Source: Clostridia bacterium
GTDB taxonomy: Bacteria; Bacillota; Clostridia; RGIG6154
Assembly: GCA_045648505.1 (NCBI GenBank)
Contig: JAZROD010000060.1
Span: 45,904-109,903, forward strand
Length of the DNA stretch: 64,000 nt
Direction of reading: 5' to 3'
Shown here: positions 38,729 through 48,908 of the stretch, one piece after another
How the letters are laid out: each line of letters starts with the position of its first letter
Numbering within the stretch: the stretch's first letter is position 1
Notes under the pieces: generated by a model
What the model saw: only the letters and a program-made list of their open reading frames with translations
Databases searched by the model: none
What the model was told of the DNA's origin: nothing
Program-made: the position numbers and the translations under genes

Positions 38729-41700
38729 ATGAAAAAGATTTTAGCGTTAATTGGAGTGTTAGTGTTAATATTAAATATGGTTGTTGTGCCTGTAGCAGCT
38801 GCAGAGCAGACAGCCCTTGAGAAAGTTAATGAGCTTGTTGTTTCTTTGCCTGACAGCTATGTTGTGGGTGAAGGTGATATCATAAATGAAATCGAAGAAA
38901 TTATGGGCGAAAACGGTATAAAGGCAAAAGATTTGAATCAGCCACTTAAATATGCAACTCACGTGAACGCACATAACTCATGGAAAAAAAGAGTTAATTC
39001 ACAGGACAGAATAAGAATTGACTGGCAGGAGAAAAACCCTTTAACCTGCGTTGATATGTTTGAATACAACTCAGTTACTGATGTTGAAGAAATTGCCAAC
39101 AAGCCGGGTATTGCTATGTCTCCGAAGAACGATACTTATCTTCCTTCAAATGTTCCATACGGAAGTTTTATCGGCTTTTATGAAACAGGTTCAGTAAATA
39201 AAAAGTTCCCTGACACCTTCCCTGATACATACGGAGAATATTACATAACACCTGAAAATGATTTTCAGTATTCATATAGCGGTATTTCCAAGAACCCCGG
39301 TGATATCACATACAATGCAGGTATTGTATCACCTTCAAACTCATACGAAATTACTTTTGACAGAAGCACAAAATATAATCAGGTCAGCTTTCTTATGTCA
39401 GGTATCACTTTCCTTTCAGGAGAATGGGCAAGATCATCTCAACTTGCAAAAACAATAATATATTTTGCAGACGGAACTTCAAAAGAAGAATTCCATATTG
39501 TTGGACCCTTCTGCTATGGTTACAGAATGTCTCTTTATTCTACCCTTGCAGATAAAACAACAATGTATAGTGAGTATTTAGGCACAATTGGACTTGCAAA
39601 AGACTTTGACAAATTATGGGTACCAAATGAAGCAAATGTTGACAGTTATTTTAAAATTGGTAACGGAAGAGTTATATCTCCTCAAAAGGAAGATGATGGT
39701 ACAACAATCAGAAACATCAAAACCGTTACTGACGTAGGTAATGCAACAGCAATTACTATAAATACAGATGGCAAGGCTATTGACAGAGTTTCAGTTTCTT
39801 ATGCAACCGAAGATGAAATTAAGGCTTTCGGCGGAATTAAATATGAAACATATACAACAAGACAAGAAACTCCATCAGTAAGAGACAGTAAAAACTGTTA
39901 TTATATTCCTATAGACAGTAATCAATTAAAAGATGCCAAACACTACGAAGCTGAAAGAGATTACTATATCGGCGTAATACATAATACTGTCTACCCTATA
40001 TATCTTCACGCAGTAACAGGAAAAAGATATACTCCAACATCTTACAGTACAGACATTGCAGAAGTCGAAGATAAAATCGAAGCACTTCCTGAAGAATTCA
40101 TTCCAAGTGCTTACGAAGAAATTAAAGCTATTAAAAGACGAGTTGATTTTCTTTTAGCACAGGGCATTGCAAAAGGTGATTTTAATAAAGAGCTTTTTGA
40201 AAAGCTTATCAGACTTTCGGAATATAACATATCCTCAAGTGGAAGCTATGAGGTTCACGTTGCACCAAACGGAAACGACAAGGGTAGCGGAAGCATAAGC
40301 GATCCTTTAGCAACTCTTGATGGGGCAAGACTTTTTGTAAGAAACCTTGAAAAAGACAGACCGATAAACGTTATCTTCCACGAAGGTATTTACAACTTTG
40401 ACAAAACTGTTACTTTTACACTTGACGATTCAGGTAAAAAGGATTTCCCTATTACATATAAAGCCGATGGCGAGGTTGTTTTCACAACTGCAGAGGATGT
40501 TGATTTTAATGATTTCACACTTGTGGAAAAAGGTGAATACAACAGAATTGCCACAAACTTAATTGGTAAAATATACAAAATTAATTTAAACAAAAAAGGC
40601 ATACATCCAGGCACAATTCCTACATACTATGCTACCAATATAGACGGTGACGGCTTTGAAGATGTTAACTTCTTTGTAAATGACAAGGAACAGCTTATTT
40701 CTCAATGGCCTGACGGAGAATCAAACTATGCTACCTGGGTTTCTGTTGAAAATACTGCAAAAGAAAATACAATAATCAAGGTTGATGCATACCGTTCTAA
40801 AAACTGGCAGGGCGAAAAGTTTGCATACTTTGAGGGATATTCAGGGGTTGACTATTCAAACGAAAAAAACAACATCTCTATTGACGGAGATTTAATTAAA
40901 TTCAAAAATACTGCAAGATTTGATACCGATCCGGGCTTCAGCAGAAGATACAAGGTTAAGCACATACTTGCCGAGCTTGACAAACCGGGAGAATGGTATT
41001 TAGACAGAGATACAAATGTTTTTTACTATTATCCAACAGAGGATTTTGATGAAAATGCAAAAATTCAGTTCGCATCTACAAAGCTTAACATTATCAATAT
41101 TCTGAATACTGATTTTGTAAGCTTTGACGGATTTATCTTTGACAAAATCAGAGGCGACGCATTTACTGCGGATTCAGGTGTTGAAGAGCTTAATTTATAC
41201 AACTGCGAATTCAAGCACATTTCAAACAGAGCAGTTGAATATCAGGCATCATCAAATCCCAACAAAATAACCCTTTCAGGTACTGCAAACTACGCAAATG
41301 CGGCTAAAAACTGCGAAATCAGAAATAACAGATTTATAAACATTGGTGAAAACGCAATATATTTTTGCGGTGGAGAAAGAGAAACTCTTTCAAATGGTAA
41401 TAATGTTATTGCGAACAACTATATCTACAATGCCTCAAACAAATTAAGATGCAAAGCAAATATTGTGGTAAATGGTGTTTACAACTATGCAATAAACAAC
41501 GAGGTTCATATGGGCACGTTCCACGCCCTTAACCATTCAGGAAACGAAAATGTTATTGCATATAACGAGTTTTACAATATGCTCCGTGACAGTGGTGACT
41601 GCGGTGTTATCTACAACGGCAGACAGCTTGCAACAAGAGGCACAGAAATTGCATATAATTACCTTCACGACTATAAGCATTTAGACCCAAGAACAAAGGT

Positions 41701-43759
41701 TGGCGCTACAGGAGTATATCTTGATGACAGACTTAGTGGTATAAGCATTCACCATAACATTATATTCGGAAACGGTGTTGACGGAAGCACAGGTGGTATA
41801 CAAAACGGTGGTGGGCATCACAACAAGGTAAACTATAACACTATCGTTGATACAACTTCGAGTATAACCAGAACAAACAGATTTGTTGAAGATTATCTTA
41901 ACAACGAGCATTGTACTGCATTTAACGAAATAATACGAATTTCAGGTATGGATGATACAAACAAGGTTCGCCTTGATGACGGAATTTATAAAACCTTCTC
42001 CATGATTGGCAGAAACGAGTTTTTCTTTGAAAGATATCCTGAAATGAACGATTCAATAGAAACACTTTTAAATCCAAATGAAACTGTTCCAAAGTTTGTT
42101 GAAAAATATCCGTTTATTTTAACACTTCCTGAATTTTCAGAGGGTGGAAAATACGGAAACCTTGCAAAAGACATCAACGAGGGCAACGACTTAACCAAAT
42201 ACAGAATTTTATCTTTAAAATCAACCATTGGTAACGAATATATCGGAAATATTTCAAACAGACCTTGGAGAGCAATGACAGACAAGGATATAAACGGCGA
42301 AGTCTATGATGTTTACGAAAAATTCGGCAGTGTGTTTGAAGACAACATAGAAGACGCATCTGAAGATATGTTTGTTGACTATGAAAACAAGGACTTCAGA
42401 ATCAAAGGCTCAACAAACGGTGGAGCACTTGACGAAAGCTTTGATTTAGACACAATCGGACTTCAGGAAGACGGCTCGGTTTCTTATGATTTAGGTTTTG
42501 AGCTTAAAGACATTGAGCTTAAAAATGCAAAAGACTTCCCTGCAGAATACAAAAACTTCAACTTAACATACCCTGAAAACAACGGCGAGGTTGAGGATAA
42601 GAAAAACATCACATTTATGTGGGAAAGACCTGTTTCTTCTGACTATTTCACATTGGAAATTGCAACAGATAAAGAAATGAAAAACATCGTTTACAAAAAC
42701 GAAAATTCTTACTTTAACTATGAAACAGTAACTTCCCTTCCTGAAAATGTTAAAACATTCTACTGGAGAGTTACTGCAAAAAATATCAGCAGAAAAGGCT
42801 CAGAGTGGAAAAACAGTGACGGTGTTAATGTGTTCCACACTTATGATACCGCAATTATTGACACACCTGCATCAGTTCCGTTTGATATCAAAGATGACTT
42901 TAATGTTGACCTTTTCAACAATGAAGGAGAAACTCATAACTCAAGCAGTCTTCTTGGTGGTAAAAACGCAACACTTGGACTGTATAATCTTACAAACTTT
43001 AAAAGATTGGTTCCTTCAAACGGTTACTACAAGCACGGAGATACTCTTTATTATTTCCCACAGGTAGGATATGACACAAGCAAAAACAATGCAATAAACA
43101 CAGGGAAGCTTGGTTCTGCAAGATACACCTACACCCTTAAGGACAACGAAAAAGGAAGCTACGATAAAATCAAGGTTGCCATAAGCGGTTTTAAACATTA
43201 TAATAACTATGAAATTACTGTTATTTATACCGATGGCACTACATCAACTGATAAGGTTTATCTTTATCAGTATTACACAACCTATAATGCTCCAAGAGGA
43301 TATGATATAATTCTTACGGTAGATGGTATTAACTATTTAGGTCAGCCTGTTTCACGAAGCAACCTTAATAAAATTTATGAGGTTGAAGTTGATGCTGATA
43401 CAAATAAAACTGTAGAAAGCATAAGATTCCAGGGTTCATTATTATCTACCAACGCATATATCTTTGCTATAACAGGTATGAAGAATGAAAGAACTCTTTC
43501 AAATGGTGACATTGAAAAAACAATAGTTTTAAACAACTATTCAGGAGAAGAAAAGAATGTTTCTTTTGTTATCACCGGTTATGATAACGGTAAATTCAGT
43601 ACAGTAATGCTTTCGGGCAAAATCCCAAACAATTCTGTTTATCCATCACTTACAGTTACAATTCCAGGTGAGGTTTATAGTTGGACAGACAGACAAGTTC
43701 TCATTTGGGAAAGTGATAGTATTAAACCTATCGGTGCAAAATCAGTATTTTTCAGATGA
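38729..43759 (+). CDS. Giant secreted right-handed beta-helix (PbH1 repeat) surface protein with FN3/Ig-like domains
   Basis: Signal peptide. Tandem NxxIxxN/HHN parallel beta-helix repeats (~residues 840-1010). Paralogous to the 51096 gene. Confidence 0.7.
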   Translation: MKKILALIGVLVLILNMVVVPVAAAEQTALEKVNELVVSLPDSYVVGEGDIINEIEEIMGENGIKAKDLNQPLKYATHVNAHNSWKKRVNSQDRIRIDWQEKNPLTCVDMFEYNSVTDVEEIANKPGIAMSPKNDTYLPSNVPYGSFIGFYETGSVNKKFPDTFPDTYGEYYITPENDFQYSYSGISKNPGDITYNAGIVSPSNSYEITFDRSTKYNQVSFLMSGITFLSGEWARSSQLAKTIIYFADGTSKEEFHIVGPFCYGYRMSLYSTLADKTTMYSEYLGTIGLAKDFDKLWVPNEANVDSYFKIGNGRVISPQKEDDGTTIRNIKTVTDVGNATAITINTDGKAIDRVSVSYATEDEIKAFGGIKYETYTTRQETPSVRDSKNCYYIPIDSNQLKDAKHYEAERDYYIGVIHNTVYPIYLHAVTGKRYTPTSYSTDIAEVEDKIEALPEEFIPSAYEEIKAIKRRVDFLLAQGIAKGDFNKELFEKLIRLSEYNISSSGSYEVHVAPNGNDKGSGSISDPLATLDGARLFVRNLEKDRPINVIFHEGIYNFDKTVTFTLDDSGKKDFPITYKADGEVVFTTAEDVDFNDFTLVEKGEYNRIATNLIGKIYKINLNKKGIHPGTIPTYYATNIDGDGFEDVNFFVNDKEQLISQWPDGESNYATWVSVENTAKENTIIKVDAYRSKNWQGEKFAYFEGYSGVDYSNEKNNISIDGDLIKFKNTARFDTDPGFSRRYKVKHILAELDKPGEWYLDRDTNVFYYYPTEDFDENAKIQFASTKLNIINILNTDFVSFDGFIFDKIRGDAFTADSGVEELNLYNCEFKHISNRAVEYQASSNPNKITLSGTANYANAAKNCEIRNNRFINIGENAIYFCGGERETLSNGNNVIANNYIYNASNKLRCKANIVVNGVYNYAINNEVHMGTFHALNHSGNENVIAYNEFYNMLRDSGDCGVIYNGRQLATRGTEIAYNYLHDYKHLDPRTKVGATGVYLDDRLSGISIHHNIIFGNGVDGSTGGIQNGGGHHNKVNYNTIVDTTSSITRTNRFVEDYLNNEHCTAFNEIIRISGMDDTNKVRLDDGIYKTFSMIGRNEFFFERYPEMNDSIETLLNPNETVPKFVEKYPFILTLPEFSEGGKYGNLAKDINEGNDLTKYRILSLKSTIGNEYIGNISNRPWRAMTDKDINGEVYDVYEKFGSVFEDNIEDASEDMFVDYENKDFRIKGSTNGGALDESFDLDTIGLQEDGSVSYDLGFELKDIELKNAKDFPAEYKNFNLTYPENNGEVEDKKNITFMWERPVSSDYFTLEIATDKEMKNIVYKNENSYFNYETVTSLPENVKTFYWRVTAKNISRKGSEWKNSDGVNVFHTYDTAIIDTPASVPFDIKDDFNVDLFNNEGETHNSSSLLGGKNATLGLYNLTNFKRLVPSNGYYKHGDTLYYFPQVGYDTSKNNAINTGKLGSARYTYTLKDNEKGSYDKIKVAISGFKHYNNYEITVIYTDGTTSTDKVYLYQYYTTYNAPRGYDIILTVDGINYLGQPVSRSNLNKIYEVEVDADTNKTVESIRFQGSLLSTNAYIFAITGMKNERTLSNGDIEKTIVLNNYSGEEKNVSFVITGYDNGKFSTVMLSGKIPNNSVYPSLTVTIPGEVYSWTDRQVLIWESDSIKPIGAKSVFFR

Positions 43760-43796
43760 TTTACAAAAACCCATCCTTTACAAGGATGGGTTTTTA

Positions 43797-44675
43797 TTAC
43801 ATATTCAGCTTGGAACGAATAGAATGATTGTATTCAGTAGGTGACTGACCGGTTGCTTTTTTGAACTGTCTGCAGAAATAGTGAACAGAATTGTATGAAA
43901 GCTGTTCAGAAATCTGCGTAACAGACAGCTGACCTTTTCTTAAAAGGGATTTTGCTTCCTTGATTTTTAAGGAATTTACATAATTTAATATTGTTTCACC
44001 ATATTCCTGACGGAAAAGTTTACAGAGTGTGGTTTTGTTTGTGCCGAAAATAAAGCAAAGATTGTCAAGAGTTATATTTGTGCTGTAGTTTTCGGTCAGG
44101 TACTGATGTATTGCCTGAATATTTCCGTTGGATGTGTTTTTGTGTGTTTCTGCCAGTTTTTTCTCCTGCAGGTAATCACGGACAATTGTGATTAAAAATG
44201 CTTCAAACTCATTTCTGATCATCTGGTCTGCCCCAAAAGGAAAAACTTCTCTTTTTTCCATAAACTGTGTGTTTGGAATATCATAAGGTGGTTTGTAAAG
44301 GCTGAATCCTTCAGTAAGCACTGAAGATAAACGCTTAATGTGTTCTTCGCACAAGGTGATAGGAGTTGTGGCGAATGGGAAAAGCACATCGCTGGAGCAT
44401 TCAAAACCAATTATAACAACACTGGGAGCTACTGCATCTTCGGTGGAAAGGGAATGAACTTCATTGGGACGGTGAATTATAAGCTGATGCTGACATAGTG
44501 TTCCCTTGAAGTTGTCAGATTCAATGTTAAGAGAACCCTTGTCTATGAAGATAAGCTCGTAAAAATCGTGGGAGTCAAGGGTTGTATGATATTCATTTGT
44601 GAATTCAAAATAATGAATGTTTGCAAGTCTTGTAACATTCAGCTCTAATTTAAACTTCTGTAAACGAAAATTCAT
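43797..44675 (-). CDS. AraC-family transcriptional regulator
   Basis: C-terminal AraC HTH (QISEQLSYNSVHYFCRQFKKATGQSPTEY). Start taken at MNFRLQ (44675); the upstream extension in the listed ORF is hydrophobic junk. Confidence 0.7.
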   Translation of the reverse strand: MNFRLQKFKLELNVTRLANIHYFEFTNEYHTTLDSHDFYELIFIDKGSLNIESDNFKGTLCQHQLIIHRPNEVHSLSTEDAVAPSVVIIGFECSSDVLFPFATTPITLCEEHIKRLSSVLTEGFSLYKPPYDIPNTQFMEKREVFPFGADQMIRNEFEAFLITIVRDYLQEKKLAETHKNTSNGNIQAIHQYLTENYSTNITLDNLCFIFGTNKTTLCKLFRQEYGETILNYVNSLKIKEAKSLLRKGQLSVTQISEQLSYNSVHYFCRQFKKATGQSPTEYNHSIRSKLNM

Positions 44676-44860
44676 AATATCACCTACAAAAATAGTACCA
44701 TTTTTTTTGAAAAAAGTCAAACAAAAAGTCAACAAATTGACAAAAGTGCAAAAAAGTATTAATATTGTGTAAATACAAAAGGCATTCTTTTGTGTATAAT
44801 TAAGTTGTAAACGGATGCTCGTTTGCAAATAATCTGTAAATAACAGAAAGGAAGATAAAA

Positions 44861-46033
44861 ATGAGTAGAATATGTATTCCAGATTATGAGTACAAAGAAA
44901 GAATTGAAAGAGCTGCAAAGCTTATCAGAGAAAGAAATCTTGATGTAATGCTTGTTACAAGTACAGAATCAGATTATGCAAACGCAAGATATTTTTCAGG
45001 CTTCTGGCCATTATTTGAAAGAGCAGGCGTAGCAATTTCTGCAAACGGAGATGCTGCACTTATCTGCGGACCTGAATCTGCAATATTTGCAAAAGATTTT
45101 GGTAAGCTTGACAAAGTATTCGTTCTTAAAGAATTCAGAGAATCAGCAGACCCTGCTTATCCTGAACTTAAAGCAGATACATTTAACGATGTATTCAAAG
45201 CAATTGGCGTAAGCGGAAATAAAATCAGAATAGGACTCGGAAGCTATGTAGAATGCACACTTCCTATTTTTGAAGGTCTTAAAGAAGCATATCCTGAAGC
45301 AGAAATCGTTAAATGCAACGATATTATGGTTGAACTCAGAAAAATCAAGAGCGTAAACGAACTTGCTTGTATTCAGGAAGGTTTCAGAATTGTTGATATT
45401 GCAACAGATGAAGTTATCAGAAACTTAAAACCAGGTGTAACAGAACTTCAGATGGTTGGTATTGCACAGAAAGTTATTTATGAAGAAGGCGCAGAATACG
45501 AAGGTCTTCCAATGTATGTTTTCAGCCAGGAATCAACAAGACACGCAATCAGCCGTTCTACATACAAAACAATTAAGCAGGGCGATATTGTTCAGCTTAA
45601 CCTTTCAGCTAAAATTGATGGTTACTCACCTGCAGTAGGTATTCCTGTTGTTATGGGTAAGCTCGATGACGAAAGAAGAAGATATATTGATTTCTGTAAA
45701 CAGGCACACGACTGGACAGAAAAAGAAATCAGAGCAGGTGTTATGGCGTCTGATATTGCTAAAGGCTTCTACAAACTCTATGAAGACAACGGATTCAAAG
45801 AAAACTTCGTATATGGTCCATGCCACGGTACAGGTATGATTGAAGTTGAAGCTCCATGGATGGAAACAATCAGCGATTACAGATTAGAAGAAAATATGAC
45901 ATTCCAGGTAGATACATTTATTTCAGGCCCAACATTTGGTTGCAGATGGGAAAAAGGTATTGCTGTAACTAAAGACGGTTGCAAATCAATGACAGATTAC
46001 CTCAAGAAAGGAATTATTGAAATCGATGGCTAA
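44861..46033 (+). CDS. M24-family metallopeptidase (Xaa-Pro aminopeptidase/creatinase-like)
   Basis: Creatinase N-domain followed by the M24 pita-bread fold (HGTGMIEVEAP, metal-ligand region). Confidence 0.75.
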   Translation: MSRICIPDYEYKERIERAAKLIRERNLDVMLVTSTESDYANARYFSGFWPLFERAGVAISANGDAALICGPESAIFAKDFGKLDKVFVLKEFRESADPAYPELKADTFNDVFKAIGVSGNKIRIGLGSYVECTLPIFEGLKEAYPEAEIVKCNDIMVELRKIKSVNELACIQEGFRIVDIATDEVIRNLKPGVTELQMVGIAQKVIYEEGAEYEGLPMYVFSQESTRHAISRSTYKTIKQGDIVQLNLSAKIDGYSPAVGIPVVMGKLDDERRRYIDFCKQAHDWTEKEIRAGVMASDIAKGFYKLYEDNGFKENFVYGPCHGTGMIEVEAPWMETISDYRLEENMTFQVDTFISGPTFGCRWEKGIAVTKDGCKSMTDYLKKGIIEIDG

Positions 46034-46397
46034 CGGAATTGGAAAAAAATTATGGCTCATCCCTGACTGTGAATTACCACAGCCTGGCGAAGGTGTAGCT
46101 AAAGGTCACGAATCTGTTATCGTTGTAAACGACAGTGACAACGATGCAGTAATCGATGTTAAACTTTTCTTTACAGACAAAGATTTCGAACACGAAATCA
46201 AATGGACTGTTGGTAAAAACAGAGTTAGATGCTTCCGTATGAACAGACTTGAAGATATGTGTGGTTTTGAAGTTCCATTTGAAACACAGTATGCTATGAA
46301 GCTTACATCATCTGAAAACATTGTTGTTCAGTACGGCAGACTTGATAATACTCAGGCTAACCTTGCGTTCTATACAACACTTGGTTACAACGAATAA
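46026..46397 (+). CDS. Small conserved protein of unknown function (possibly ASRT-family beta-sandwich)
   Basis: 124 aa. Overlaps the peptidase stop. The product assignment is tentative. Confidence 0.35.
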   Translation: MANGIGKKLWLIPDCELPQPGEGVAKGHESVIVVNDSDNDAVIDVKLFFTDKDFEHEIKWTVGKNRVRCFRMNRLEDMCGFEVPFETQYAMKLTSSENIVVQYGRLDNTQANLAFYTTLGYNE

Positions 46398-46413
46398 TTA
46401 GGGAGGATTTAAT

Positions 46414-47148
46414 ATGCATTTTGATATGTGTTTCCCAAGAGAAATTAACAATGCGAAAGAGAACAGAACTCCTGTTGTAATTGTAGGTGGTACTGTTGAA
46501 TATCACGGTCCTCACTGCTCTTACGGATGCGACACACTTGTTGCACAGGGTCTTGTTGAAAAACTTGCTCAGAAGAAAGATATTATAATTGCTCCAACAA
46601 TCAGCTATTCACCATCAAGCTGGGCAGTAGGCGATGAAACAAGCGGAACTGTTCATGTTGATGAAGTAGTTTTTGAAGAATATGTATTTAATATTTTCAT
46701 GAGTATGCTTTCAGCAGGCTTAAGAAATATTTATGTAGTAATTCATCATCAGTTTGAACAGGAAAATCTTATGCCTATGACACTTTCATATATGAAAGCT
46801 GCAAAAAGAGCAACAATGAGATATCTTGAAAAAACAAAAGGTCAGGGCTGGTGGGGAAGCGAAAGCTACAACAGCTACTATGAAAACCTTGGTGGTGGAG
46901 ATGATCCATTCAGCTGGATTAAGGTTATTCCAACAATGAGCACTGAGGTTCAGAATGCTACAGGTTATGACCACGCAGGCAAATATGAATGTTCAATTTT
47001 AATGTCACTTTACGAAGATGCTGTAAAGCTTGAAAGAATCGACGATATCAAACACTGGTTTACAGACAGTGCAAGAGAAGCAAGCAAAGAAATCGGCGAT
47101 GAAATGGTTGAACTTTCACTTAAATGGCTTGAAGAAAGAATTAAATAA
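46414..47148 (+). CDS. Creatininase-family amidohydrolase
   Basis: VVIVGGTVEYHGPHCSYGCDTL metal-binding region typical of the creatinine amidohydrolase fold. Confidence 0.7.
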   Translation: MHFDMCFPREINNAKENRTPVVIVGGTVEYHGPHCSYGCDTLVAQGLVEKLAQKKDIIIAPTISYSPSSWAVGDETSGTVHVDEVVFEEYVFNIFMSMLSAGLRNIYVVIHHQFEQENLMPMTLSYMKAAKRATMRYLEKTKGQGWWGSESYNSYYENLGGGDDPFSWIKVIPTMSTEVQNATGYDHAGKYECSILMSLYEDAVKLERIDDIKHWFTDSAREASKEIGDEMVELSLKWLEERIK

Positions 47149-47155
47149 TAACCAA

Positions 47156-47185
47156 AAAACGGCGGTTTCGCCGTTTTTTGTTGGG
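47156..47185 (+). terminator. rho-independent terminator
   Basis: aacggcg-gtttc-gccgtt followed by a T-run. A second convergent hairpin (tactgactaag/cttagtcagta) at 47196-47232 serves the minus-strand gene. Confidence 0.65.
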
Positions 47186-47243
47186 TAAAAATGAAATAAA
47201 AAAATACTGACTAAGATTTCTTAGTCAGTATTTTGTGTTTAAA

Positions 47244-48794
47244 TTATTTTGTTGCAACGAATGCATCAACCTGAGCCTGAATTTCGGCAACAACTTCGTC
47301 ATTACCTGCGAGTTTGTATTTTTCAGTCATTTCAGCAAGTAATTTTTCTGTATCAACAGCACCTGAACCGATTGGGTTACCGTATTCTGATGAAATTGAT
47401 TTAATCTGTGCTAATTTAATGTCGATTGATGATGAATCAAGAGCAAATCCCATAAGTGGTGAAGTAACAGTTCTTTCACCTTCGTTAAGATTTGTGTAGA
47501 TGATTTCTTTGTAATCTTCGCCCTGACCTACTGTAAGGTAAGCATTTTTAGCATTACCAACAATCCATTTCCAGAGACCATATCTTGATGAAGAGTTACC
47601 TTCGTCGCCATATTCTGGTTCGATGAGCTTATCGCCATTTTCATATTCTTTATGTAATTTGTAGTGGTCGCCTTCAATACCATATACCATAATGTTGAAA
47701 AGTTCAACACCCTTTGAAGAGTTCATAAGGTTGATGAATTTTGCAGCAACGTCAGGATACTGTGAATTTACAGGGATTGCTGTACCACCTGCTGCCGGTT
47801 TGTATGGAATGAAGTGGTTACCAAGAGCAGGAATCTGGATTACAGGAACATCAAATGTATTCTTTTCTTCATAAGTTTCAAATACGCCAGGAATGTTCTG
47901 TGCACCGAACATAATGTTTCCGTCAATTACGCCGTTTGCATCTGCAGCTTTAGCTGAAAGAGCATCCTTTCTTACAAAGCCAAGGTCATACATTTCTTTC
48001 TTAAATCTCCAGTCAGACTGTTTCTGAGCACCTAAATGGTTATTGAAAACTTTGAATTCAGGGTCTTCATAATAGTACTGGTATAAGTCAATAATAGGTT
48101 CTACACCTCTTTGTGGGAATGGACCAACATAACCTTTACCGATTTTGCCTGCTGCTGCAACCTTTGTAGCATAGTCAATAATAAGCTTCTTTGATTCATC
48201 TGAAATAACATAGCCATTTTCTTTGTCAGTAACCATGAATGCTTTTTCCATAGCTTCAATATCTGCATACTGAGCAAGATCAGAAGGAATGTTTACATAG
48301 TTATATGACTGAACCATTTTCTGATAGTTAGGGAGGATAGCCTGACCGCCGTCAACCTTACCCATATCGATAACCCACTGTGGAACTTCTTCAAGAGTTT
48401 CCTTTGCGTACTTTTCAAGATATGGTGTCATATCAATGATTGAGCCGTTTCTGTATTCATCAGCATATTTAAGCTGATATGTCTGGATAATATCCATCTG
48501 TTCGCCAGAAGTCTGCATAAGAGTCATTTTCTGAGCATAGTCTGCTACAGGAATAACTTCGATGTCAACTGACACGTTTTCGAAGCCTTCAAATTTGTGA
48601 AGTTCTTCGTTGAAGTACGCCCAAACTTTTTCTGAATCTGACTGAACACCAGGGCCCGGCATAATCCATTTAAGAGTTATAGGGTTTGATAAGTCTGTTT
48701 CGATGAGGTTAGCATCGTTTGAACCGTTTCCACCGCAAGCAACTAATGAAAGCATCATAGCAACTGCGAGGAGTAATGAAATAATCTTTTTCAT
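47244..48794 (-). CDS. ABC transporter extracellular solute-binding lipoprotein (family 1, oligosaccharide-type)
   Basis: Lipobox LVACGG. 516-aa SBP_bac_1-like. Confidence 0.8.
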   Translation of the reverse strand: MKKIISLLLAVAMMLSLVACGGNGSNDANLIETDLSNPITLKWIMPGPGVQSDSEKVWAYFNEELHKFEGFENVSVDIEVIPVADYAQKMTLMQTSGEQMDIIQTYQLKYADEYRNGSIIDMTPYLEKYAKETLEEVPQWVIDMGKVDGGQAILPNYQKMVQSYNYVNIPSDLAQYADIEAMEKAFMVTDKENGYVISDESKKLIIDYATKVAAAGKIGKGYVGPFPQRGVEPIIDLYQYYYEDPEFKVFNNHLGAQKQSDWRFKKEMYDLGFVRKDALSAKAADANGVIDGNIMFGAQNIPGVFETYEEKNTFDVPVIQIPALGNHFIPYKPAAGGTAIPVNSQYPDVAAKFINLMNSSKGVELFNIMVYGIEGDHYKLHKEYENGDKLIEPEYGDEGNSSSRYGLWKWIVGNAKNAYLTVGQGEDYKEIIYTNLNEGERTVTSPLMGFALDSSSIDIKLAQIKSISSEYGNPIGSGAVDTEKLLAEMTEKYKLAGNDEVVAEIQAQVDAFVATK

Positions 48795-48908
48795 ATTTTT
48801 TCATTTCCTTTCTATATTATATATAAATAATTTTAACATATCGAAAAAAGAATTCAAGGGATTTTTTTAAATTAAAATATAAAATCGCCAATTTGCTATA
48901 AATAAAGT